From: Lytechinus pictus
Taxonomy: Eukaryota
Length of the DNA stretch: 64,000 bases
Reading direction: 5' to 3'
Assembly (NCBI RefSeq): GCF_037042905.1
Contig: NC_087250.1
Span: 22,756,001-22,820,000, forward strand
Positions 39,001 to 51,000 of the stretch are shown piece after piece. The translations under genes were made by a program, and so were the position numbers. The notes under the pieces were generated by a model, which did not search any database, was not told the DNA's origin, and was given only the letters and a program-made list of their open reading frames with translations. The stretch's first letter is position 1; every line of letters starts with the position of its first letter.

Positions 39001-42000
39001 CAAATTATTTAGCATTGATTGTTAAAACAGGTCCTGAAGCTGCAAGGAAATGTTATCAAAATTAGAATTAGATTCAAAGATGTATTCACAAATATTACTT
39101 GCAATCCAAATCCTGCACTCAAAAGTACGGAGCAATCAAATGATCTTGCACTCACTAATAATTCAATCAAGACTTGAGGCTGCAAGCAAAAATTATCAAA
39201 ATAAGCATTGCAATCATAATTACTCCCACAATCCTACATTCAAATATAATTTGCAATCAATCACAATCTGCACTCTTTAAAATAAATGGCATTAACAGAA
39301 TGCATTCAATGCAAACTTTTCTCCAAACATTTTGCATAGCATGGATATTAGATATCACTGCTGCATTTATCACTCAGAATGCCATCAAAAGAACTTGCAT
39401 TCACTTGCAAAATGCAGTCAAGACTTTGCACTCACCACATCGACGTCATCGTTGTCTTTGATGTCACTGCTGCACTTGCTACTCAGATCATCATCACTTG
39501 CATCAAACTCGTCAGACTTTCGCAGACTCAACCGGAGAAGCTCGCTGCACGTATGCATGTTGACAGGAATCTCAGAAAGAGATATGTCCAATTCTGTATA
39601 ATCCTGAATGGCATACATGACAAACAGGTAAAAGAAGGTTGGAACAGGTACATGGCAATTAGATAGGTTGAATTAAAAAACTTAGTACATATGGAGTTGT
39701 AGACAGAACCGTGTACAACCCAGAATATCCAAAAATAATAAATGAGTACATTTAAAAAAATAAAACAAATGTAGATGATGTAAATATGGCCTTCTGTATC
39801 TTTGCATAATTGGAGTCAATGTTTAACTTGAGCAAGCAAAGACAAGAAACATTAAGAGAAGCTTTTGCAAGTTGAGGAAAAATGCCCCTCTTCTCCTTCT
39901 CTTTCTTCTTCTTCTTCTCTTTCTTCTTCTTCCTGTTCTTCCTCTTCTCCTTCTGTCTTTCTTCTACAAGATAGAAGATAGAATATATTTTATTTTGTCT
40001 TTGCAATATAATCACAAGGTTGCTTTCCATTGGTATAAGAGCAAGACCTATACAAAACAAAGAAACAAACATATGTTACTTATATAGAAATTGAATAGAC
40101 ATGGATATCTAATTTACAAAGAAAACTGTCCAAGTAGTCCAACAAAATACTTATCATTGTTGTTATTCTTCTTCTACTAATCCTTTCTCCTATCCTCAGC
40201 TTCTCATACTCCTCCTCCTCCTTCTCCCCCTCCTCCTTCTCCCCCTCCTCCTTCTTCCCCTCCTTCTCCCTCTCCCCTCCTCCTTCTTCTTCTCCTGCTC
40301 CTCCTTCTTTTTCTTCTTCAGAATCAGAAGAGGTAGATTTGATTTCTTCTACTTCCATCTTCTTTCTTTTCCTTCTTTTTCTTTCTTTTCCTTCTCCTCC
40401 CCCTTCTCCTTCTGCATAAAAATACTTCATAAATGGAATATGGCGCACTATAAATATTATCATCATCATTTTTACCTCAGCGATTTTATCCTGAAGAAGT
40501 GTCTTAAGTAGTATAACAAGAACCCTGGCTAGATAAGCAAAGCCTTCCTTTCCACAAACGAGAGCTTTCATCAAAGAATCTGCAAAAAATAAATGTTAAT
40601 TTAAATTCTTTTAGAATATGGGATTATGAAGATAGCATCTTTAGTCAAAGATCAAATATACGTAGCATAATTTGTTATAACAATCTGAAAATGAAGTTCA
40701 ACAGAATATACCATTTCTAGAGTTTCTTCTATAAATGATGTACCAAATAAAAAAAGAAAATAAAAGTATGTGCCAAATGATTCTCATATAAAGTGCATAA
40801 AGTTTAAAATGTTAGCTAAATAAAAATAACATTCCTGCCACACAAATAATACAGTCCCATATGTGATTATTGGTGTGTTGCCGATCTTTGGCGTGCTCAC
40901 TTTTCAGCTGAGATAGCTGGATGTCACAAATTTAAGTTTACGTAATTATACTTCATGTACATGTAGAACTAGAGCTATGATGATATGGTAATAACTGACA
41001 TTGTTTTTAATTATTTCATTTTTAGAAATCATTTGTTGCAACTATACGGCCCGTATTTTGAAGTCGGGTTTAATCTAAACTCTGGTTTAAAGATGTGGTT
41101 TAACTATGGATAGCCAATAGTGGCATAAATATCTAACAGTAGAATTTCAATGCATCAGATCTTTTTTCTCTCAAATCATTCTTCACTGTTTCGAAATGAT
41201 AAATAACATAGCTTTCTTCACCATTCACGAGTTAAAGAGGAACATAGTAAATATAAGAAACATACAATGTAAGAAAAATTTTGACATTTTTGGCATTCCA
41301 TAACTTTAGCACAAAGTTAGACCATGGTCTAAGTTAAACCTGACTTCAGCATACGGCCTATGAGTTAAGCTTTCAATACTACCTCCAGATTTCCCATAAA
41401 GTGTAAAGAGTGACAGATGTTCTACACACCTTTTCATGACCATAGCCATCTTTCTAAATGGAAAAATTTACAGCCTCTTGGGTGTATACAAGTGCCATTA
41501 GCTACTGTATTTCATTCGGGATTGACTTCTGCTAATTTATAGAATGTGATTAGAATTCATAAAATGATTCATAAAATAACGAGTTTTCGCAATTGCAACG
41601 AGGACGGATTCTAAGTTGAAAATGCCCGTTAAATCACAGTGGACAGCTTACAGGTCTTTGACGAACACTAGTGAACCGGGAAAGATGATCGTCGTAAAAT
41701 TCTGAGCTAAGGAAAAACTCAAATGTCGTTTGTCAAGAGTCCAGTGCGGGCCGCACATAAACGTTGTAAGCCCAACAGAGCGCTAACAGTAAGCCAAGTC
41801 ACATATTTCGGATTGTGAAGTCAAAACATTTATTTCAACATGTAAGCAGTGCATTAGTGTAACATTAGGCATCGCTGCCACATTACCGGTTGGCACACTG
41901 TCAGCACTAACATTTCTGTGCGGTCAGTAGACAGTCCAGGGTGGCGTTTCATAAAGCTGTTCGCAAAGTTACGCACAACTATACGAACGACTGGAACATG

Positions 42001-45000
42001 TTCTTATCCATAAGTCAGCTACATAGGAATATATCATATAGCACAAGAAAGGGTCACCAGTCGTGCGTAAAGTCATTCGTAACTTACGAACAGCTTTATG
42101 AAACGGGCCCCAGGACGAAACTGCTGTTTTGATTATCAATTTTCGACAGACTGCTTTGTCATGAAGGGCTTTAGACCATAGATTCTCTATGTTGTAGAAT
42201 CTGTCCCCGTCGCAGTTGCAAAAGCTCCCTCATGGCAAATGTTCATACCTGCAGTGACTGGGTACGGATCGTTGGGCATGAGGAGACCACTGAAACAATC
42301 CAGGAATTCAACGACCATCGCCACGTCACCAAAGAGAGGGTTTGGTATCCCATCAGGCATTGGAACAGGCTTCGGGACCGGGAGGGGTAACAGGTCTAAG
42401 TCCTGGTCCTCAAAGCGCTGTGGGTGTGGGAGTGATGAGGATAGAGAAGAAAACAAATTGTAAGTTACACTTGATGGTTGATATTCAAGTACAGACTTCT
42501 TTACGTCTCTCTTTGTTTTTTCTTTACAAATTCAACAACCATTAGTGACTAGAAGAAGTAACAGGGTCCAAGTCCTGGGCCTCATTGCATAAAAGTAACT
42601 AGTATGGTAACGTTGCAATGGTAACGATCAACAGCCAATCAGAATCAAGGATTCCATGCAAATTTCCTTTGGATGGCAAAATTACCACAATGGTAACTTT
42701 TATGCAACAGGGCCCTGGTTCTCAAAACGCTTTTTTTTTTGGGAGGGGGTCAGAAGATGAAGGTCAGAAGATAAAGAAAAAAAAGCAAAGAAAGGGATTT
42801 TTAAAAAGTCTGTACAATAATACTAATTGAACAAAACAAAGTAAATGCATGTTAAGTATTGCTTCTTTTTTTATACACTTATGCAAAATATTACACCCTT
42901 TCCTATGCATCAAAGATAAAAATGCATCCTTCCCTATACAATTGTAAAAATGCATCCTTTCCTACACATATTTGGTGAATATTGCAACCTTTCCTATAAC
43001 GCAATGATAAAAAATGCATCATTTCCTATAAAGCAATGGTAAAAATTGTATTCTTTTCTATAAAGCAATGTAGAAAACTACATCCTTTCCTATACAGCAA
43101 TGCTAAAAAATTGCATATATTTTCCTATCAAGCAATGGTAAATATTCATCCTTTCCTATACAACAATGCTAAAAATCACATCATTTCCTTAAACAGCAAC
43201 AGTAAAAATTGCATCCTTTCCTACACAGCAATGCTATAAAAATTGCTTCTTTTCCTGTATAGAATGCTAAATATCACATCCTTTCCTATGCATGAAAGAT
43301 AAAATTTGCCTCCATCCCTATACCACTATGCATGGAAATGGCATAGTTTAGTGTACAACATCAGGGTTCCAAGATAAAGAAATTCCCTAATATTTCCCTG
43401 AAGAAGTTTTAAAATTCCCTGATAATTATTTAAACCCATTCCCGGTTCTGCATCTTTTCGAAGATGTTGCAGTGAATTACATGCATTTTCAGTATAAAAA
43501 CAATAAAGGAAAACTAATCAGTACCACCATAACCAGTCATTCAATGAATGTTGTTTCGATATGCAACAAAATATAACAGAGTCTGACTGACTTGACTTTT
43601 GGGCTGATCAAAATTCCCTGATTTTTCCCCCACATTTCAGGCATTTTTCCCTGATTTGAGATAATTTATATCAAATTCCCAGATTTTTCCCTGACTGGAA
43701 AAAAGTAAAATGATTTTCCCTGATGGGCTGGGGTCCCTGAACATTAGTCCACATTGCATTCTCCCCTTTTCCACAAATTCTGCCTATCCCACGATGAAAT
43801 CATCTCATACCTTCGCTCTTTCCATCCTGAGTTCCCTCTCCTCCATCCTCTTTTTCTTTTTCCTCTCATTTTCCCTCTTCTTTCTCTCTTCCATCATCTT
43901 CTTCCTCTCCTCTTTCTTTGCATCCATCTCCTTCTGTCGTTCCTCTGGCGTCATCTGCTTCCTGCATATAAGAGAAATTATTTCAGTGAAAAATGCATTA
44001 TACAAAATAACATAAATACAATATTATTGGCAAACAAAAAAAACACATCAAAATGACATAGAACAGCAAAATACAATGCAAGACAAAAGGACAAAGAGGC
44101 ATTAAACAATATGACAAGATAATACAACAAACAACAGGGAAATATTACTTCAGATATAAAAATGAAACTCGCAAACATATCTTTGTTTAATCACGCCAAC
44201 TTTTGTATCAAAGAAATATATAATTTTCAGCGTAAGCATATCAAAATATCATAACAAATTATTCAGATTCAAACTTAAAAGTGAATTGAATACGAGTTAA
44301 AGCATTATGCTTAGCCATGTTAAATGCAAGTAATTTGTTATTCCATCAGGGCCCCGTAGCACAAAAGCAACCATTATGGTGACGTTGCCATGCAATGGTA
44401 ACTTGCATGGAATCCTTGATTTTGATTGGCTGTTGATCAGCGTTACCATGGTAGTTACCATTGGATGGCAAAGTTACCATAATAGTAACTTTTATGCAAT
44501 GGGGCCCAGTACTTTTAACCCTATCTAGGCCGGGGTATTTTGGGAGTTCATATAGCAGGGGGGAGCGGCCTCCCAGGCCCGCCCCTTGAGATCTCGGCCG
44601 TCGATCGCGCTGAAAATTGGCACACAGGTTGTCTGGGATATAATCTCCAAAATTGTATAGTGGTTTATTTCATGCAAATTGTTATTAAGTAATTATGCTA
44701 ATTTATGCGTAATTAGTATGCGAAATCATATTTTTTCCTCTAACTCCATAAATAAAGCTCAAAATTTTCTAATTTTTGGCATAGAAACTCTTTGTGGCAT
44801 TCTTAGCAAGTTTACATTAAAATATTGTGATATCAGATCAATTCCTTATGTATCATATTGTTTTTTGCAATTTCTTATGTATTTCTTTGTTTTTTTTACC
44901 CTTTGTTTTTCACTGTTTTTTCAATGAAATTCGTTAGGGACTCTTCTAAGATCATAAACAGCATAAAATACATACATTTAGACCAGTAAAACTAGAAATA

Positions 45001-48000
45001 ATCATACATTTATGATTTTTGGTTGAAAACACAATTTACATTGACTTTGTACACAAAATCACGTTTTGGAGCAATTTTTGGTCTGACATGCACTTACATA
45101 ACGTTGCGTAATTTCGGAACTGCGTACCCGGGTGACGCAAAATTGGTCTCAAAAGTTGCACAAGACTTGAAAGTAAAAAGTCAGCGAGCAGCTCGGTCAA
45201 AAAAATTTGCACGGCGAAAATATCGCGCGGCTTGTTGAGGGGGGGGGGACCTTGGAGGCCCCCCCCCCCCCGGCCTAGATAGGGTTAATCGTAGAAGGGC
45301 CAACTTACCATCGTTTCTTCTCCTTGATTTTGCAAAACTTCTGCCAAACCTCGTATTTGATCTCCGATCTAAGATTCTGACACTCTTTCTCAGAGAGAAT
45401 CTTGGCTGCTTTCAGGAGTAGAGCGCTGTATGTCGGCTTATCATTTAACTTCTTGGCCCTGAGTAGTCTAAGAAAACATTCCAGCAAAAACCAAAATCAG
45501 GATTCATTTTAGTTCTTGAATTCAATTAGCATGTTTGGATGTAAGAGAAAAGCTTTCAAATATGTTCTGTACACTGAATAGTCCTATGTAAAGAAAAATT
45601 GCATTCATGGGACAATCCTGCCAGGTACCCATTCATCCCATCGGGTGGGTGTTTCAAAAAGCTGTCCATAAATTAAGAGCGACTTTAAGAACGACTGGTG
45701 AACCACGCTGAATAATCACTGACGAACGTTTAATGGTGAATATCATTTACCACAAGGAAGAATCACCAGTCATTCATAAAGTCACTCCTAACTTACGAAC
45801 AGCTTTATGAAACGTCCCCCTGGGTCGAGAGCAGCAGTGTGGATAAATTTCTTGCTGAAGGAAAACACACCATGGCTAGGATTTGAACCAAAGACCCTCT
45901 GATCAAAGAAGCAAGTCTGATTAACAATAGGCCTACTGCTTTAATGGGATAATTAAGCCCTATTAAATTCCCAACGGGTAGTATTTCTGATGTCTTTTTA
46001 TCTTAGAGAGTCAAAAGGGGCCTAAGCTTTCGATCCTAGCAGAATCTTTGTCGGAGGCAAAATGACAAACATAATTATAAAGTGGAACAAACATAATATA
46101 GACCAAAGACATGCAACAGCAACACTTGAATTAAGGAGACAAAAAGGGCATTAGAGAGTCTTTTTATCTTTTAAACTTTTTACTTTATCTTTTAAAATGA
46201 AGTTGGTATTCTGGGATGACAAGTTATCTCTCAGACAAATTTTGACATTTTATCTGCGATCAAATTTTATCTTCGCAATCTCGCTCCTTGCCACACCTCC
46301 TGGCAGAATGAATTTTCATTGTTTGAATGAGCCGAGTGTGCTACATAAAACAGCGTTTCTCATTGGATATTGCTTCAAAAATAGGCAAGTTTTTATATTG
46401 CAAAATCTCCCTCCTCGCCACACCTCCCGACCTAATACATTTTCATTGGTTGAATGAATGTGCTGTCAAACAGCGTTTCTCATTGGATATTGCTTCAAAA
46501 TGTGTCTTACAGAGATAAAATGAAGATAAAATGGTTCGCAGAATTCCAATTCAGAGAGATTTTAAGGGCATTCTATGTCACTGATTTTAACGGAAATAAT
46601 ATACCTCAGAATACAATGACATGATACTTACTTTATTGCGATAGGTGGCTGCTTTGGGCTTGAAACTGTCTTTGAGAGACGATCCCGAATGTGTGAGTTA
46701 TCTTTGTCATAGATCGGTTTCTTCTGCCCAGATTGCGTCTTGGTGATATCGAAGAGCGTTGCCTGCTTCAGGTGCTTCTGTATCAATCAAGAGTCAACAC
46801 AAATGGGCCTATGACATTACAGTAGCAGGCAAGAAATCAAGCTTTTGGATCTTGGTGATATTTTACCTACACCAATTCGATCAGAAATGAGGGGTTTACA
46901 GCATTTTACTAGGAAAAAAAACCCTCCTAAAATCCTTGGATCATACAGGTCCATTGAGGAAAGAGCGATTAAATGCAACCGGCAAAAAATGTTAAAGATC
47001 AAGTCCACCCCAGAAAAATGTTGATTTGAATAAATAGGGAAAAATCAAATTGGTCAGTCGATGATGTCCATCACTCACTATTTCTTTTGTTTTTATTGTT
47101 TGAATTATACAATATTTCATTTTTTACAGATTTGACAATAAGGACCAACTTGACTGAACAATATAGTATTAAACAATGCTAATTCCACATGTTCAGGCAG
47201 GAATTAATTGTTGTTTCACTTGGTAATGAGGAGACAATTAGAATATTTCATATACAAAAATAAATAGCGAGTGGATGACGTCATCAGTCTCCTTATTCGC
47301 AAACCGACCAAGATGTGCATTTAACCGTTTTGTGAAATTAAGCAAAACTTTAAAATGTCATAACTTTCTTATTTTACATCCAATTTTGATGAAATTTTCA
47401 GTGTTATGCTTGTTGGATTTTTCTCGTTTTTATGCAAATCAACGCTTTGTTGGGCTGGACTTGTCCTTTACAACAAAATCCAAATATATACATTGGGTTA
47501 GATAAGAATCAAGGTGCATTTGAACTGTTAGTGCAGTGGAGGATCAAGGGGGGGGGGGCATTTCCGGCCCGAGCCCCCCCCCCCCCCTCCATGAGAGTCA
47601 ATTTAAATATTTTTAATGAAAATATGTTAATACACAAGGATCCCCCTTTCAGAATCACACCAACTATTGTATTTGGGAATATAAACTTTTTTTGCAGAAC
47701 GCGAAACAACATGACCTTCACTTTTTAGTTAAAACATTTTTTTGGCTTGTCAAATTTTCCTTGGAATATGTGCCCCCCCCCCCCCCCCGGAAAATCCTGG
47801 GTCCTCCCCTGGCTTAATGCATACTCCTTGGAACTATTTCGTAAACTTTTCATTAGTTTCACACGATTTTGTGCAAGATTAAAGACCCTTTCTTGTACTA
47901 AATAATACGCCCGTATGGACCTAACTTGCACCTAAGAACGTATCCTAGTCATTCACAAAATGGCATGTAACTCATGATCAGTTCTATGAAACATGACCCC

Positions 48001-51000
48001 TTCAATAAACTTTTACCTTTGCTGATGCTGCAGGAGACTTCGAAGCTTTGGTCGGTGAGGTAGTCTTTTTAACAGGAGTTTTCTTGGTTGGAGTGGCCTT
48101 GGCTGCAGCCTTGACAGGTGTCTTCTTCGGAGAAGCCTTGGGTGAAGCCTAATGTGAGATTCAAATCAAAGATTGTCCCTGTCAGAATCTAATAAAGGTT
48201 GGTATTCCAAAATCTTACATCAAATGAATAAAAGTTAGGTTGGAATTATACACACGCAAAAATGACACTTTACCGGTGAAACACACTATAGAAGGGACTC
48301 TTAGTTCACAAGTCAATATTCCTGGGGAGTGTTTCACTTAAGCCTGTCTCACACTGTGCGATGTGATTTTTCAAGAAATCTCATTTTGCATTAAATATGA
48401 AAGTTCCAAGAAGTAAAATTATTTTATTTAAAGTTTGGCATGTTGTTAGGAAAACTAAAATCATGTTTTCACTTTGCGGCAAGCCCTATGGTCGGAACAA
48501 GTCCAAAGCGGCCTCAAGTTGCAGCCGATTATTGTAGATTAGGTGGTGGTGGTGGTGATTTTTTACCTGATTGCTAAGCATGAATGCTTGTAAGCAAGCA
48601 ACCAGAGGACCGACGGCTTAAGGTCCTCTCCGAAGGACCTGGTACTGAGGATTAATGCCTTACCAAAGGGCACTAGCGCACCACGTGGGAATCGAACCCG
48701 GGTCACCGGAATACGAATCCCCCGCTCTACCGACTGAGCTACCGCGCCTCATTATGACGTCATTACGATTTGGAACTGAATTTGTTATTCATTCAGGGAG
48801 GCTCTAACTGGACTGAATTTTGATTTCAGTAGTCCTACCACTATTCTGAACTCTGATCCGCAATACATTAGTTGGAATATCCATATCAAATGTTGTCACT
48901 AATTTGAAATTCTGATCGCAACGAATCGCATAGAGCGAGACAGGCTTTAGGATCATGCTTAAATGGCAACGTGCACATATTTAACGCATAATCTTTTTAA
49001 TACCCAGTAGCGCACGTCCTTAGCACGATTTTGCCACTACGGTGATGCCTTTTATAATGGATACAACTGGGAATCAAAGTTTCAAGACTTAAACCTTTGG
49101 GAAACACTCTCCCCCCCCCCTCGCAGAAAAGCGATTCAGTACACTCTGCTTAATACAACCTTCTATGAGTCCAATAATCGCCAAATTTGAAGCATTTTTC
49201 AGCCCAGAATATGCAACATGTCCTATTTACATCTTCTTAGTCAAATTATGTCCAAGTCAAAAAGATTTTTGTGATCCAGAAAGATTTGACATGGGCAAAC
49301 TCACATGCATTTCTCTGTAAACCAATCAGCTAACTTTGAAATGCACATATAACAAGGTGATGAAGGTGAATGCCTTGAGAACTCACCTCAAATGCCTTAA
49401 TTTAAATAAAAGAACGTAGTGTGAGGGTTACCAAGTGCATTACCACTGTTCTCAACGTTATTCCAGTACCTTTCAAGACAATGACACCCAAGTCTTGACA
49501 AAAAATACAAGGTCATTTGCCGAGGCTGAGGTAACTTAAATCTGAAATTGTTTTTTATAAATCTCCATCAAACCATATTTCGGCAAGAGGGAGTTGTTGA
49601 TGATTATTTTGAAGATACCATACACTGACCTTGACATTAGCCTTCTTGACCTTGCTTGCTAAGGTTTTCTTAGCAGGAGTCTTCTTCAGAGGCATTTTCT
49701 TTGGTGTCTTCTTGGGCGTGGCTGCAGCTTTCTTGGGCGTGGCCACAGCTTTCTTGGGCGTGGCTGCAGCTTTCTTGGGTGTCGCCGAAGCTTTCTTAGG
49801 TGTGGCTGTCTTGCCAGAGACGCTCTTCACCGGACTGGATTTCCGCGGGGTTGCTTTCCTTGGGGTTCCCTTTTTAGGTGTAGCCGTTCCCTTTTTGGGC
49901 GTGGTTGCTTCCTTTTTAGGCGTGGCCACCTGCTTTTTAGGTGTGGCAGTTTCTTTTTTAGGCGTGGTGCTGACATTAACCTCCTCCTTTGATGACAAAG
50001 TGGTTAGTTTCTTTGTAACAACTTTCAGTTTCGCAGTCTTTACACTAATCTTCTTCTTTGGGGTCGCCTTCTTCTTCTCCGCAACCACTTTCTTTACACT
50101 TTCTTTTGGGACATCATTCTTTGTGGTCTTTTGTGCTTCAGTCTTGACCTCCTTAACAGGACTTGCACTCGTTTTCTTTTCACTTTCTCTAACCTTCTCT
50201 CGGTTTTCACCAACTTCACTATCCTTTTTAGAGGAGTCACTTTTTGGCATGGGTTTAAAATGATCTGTTAACTTCCTTTTAGCGGGAGTCTTTTTCTCTG
50301 ACTTCTTTGGGGACTTAGTTGGTGAAGTCTTCTTGGAGTTCGATGTTGGCGTTTTGCTCTTGCTCACTGATTTACTTGGAGATTTATTCTGAGGCACTAA
50401 TTTGCTTAAAACGAAATCATCCTCATTATCATCGCTGTCTTTGCTTGATTTGTGCTTAGTCCTTCCATTATTCAATTTCTGCTTCTTGTCCTTCGATTCT
50501 GAGGAAGACTTTTCTTCCTCCGGATGTTTCCTCTTCTTAGCTTTCTTTTCTCGATCCTTTTTCCTCTCCTTCTTTTCCTTCTTCTCCTTAACATCCTTCT
50601 CTTTCTTTGACCCTTCTTTAGCCTTCTTGTCCTTTTTTCTGTCTTTCTTATCTGGGGAGGAAGTCGTCTTTTTAGGCGATTTGCTTGATGATCGCTTCGT
50701 CGAGGCATTCTGTTTATGAGGAGGTGAACTATACGAGTGATCCAAAAAGATCTTTTCTGGTGAAGGGATAAACTGAAGTGGCGTGATCTGGACGGTGGGG
50801 TTCGGTCCCTCCCTGATTGTTGATTTCTGCCTCTTTAACGGTGTCTCCGGTTGCTGGTTTCCTGCCGACTCGCGTTTGACGGCAAGCTTTAGACCCGTCG
50901 CAGATATCTATGGTGGAAAAAATAAAGACGAGAGCTTTAAAGACTTGCACGGTGGTAGGACCAGGCGATGGGGTTTGTGGATGCATGGCAATGAACCAGA

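Noticed and set aside
48678..48750. tRNA gene (also about 32680-32755, 22021-22095 and 30440-30505)
   Set aside because: A and B boxes are present but acceptor stems do not pair, and the sequence continues into SINE bodies or tandem copies.
49631..50263. 210-aa hydrophobic + strand ORF
   Set aside because: Antisense shadow of the TPKK-repeat exon.
49555..50745. Stand-alone histone H1 gene
   Set aside because: No globular winged-helix domain; bounded by splice sites in frame with BAZ1B.
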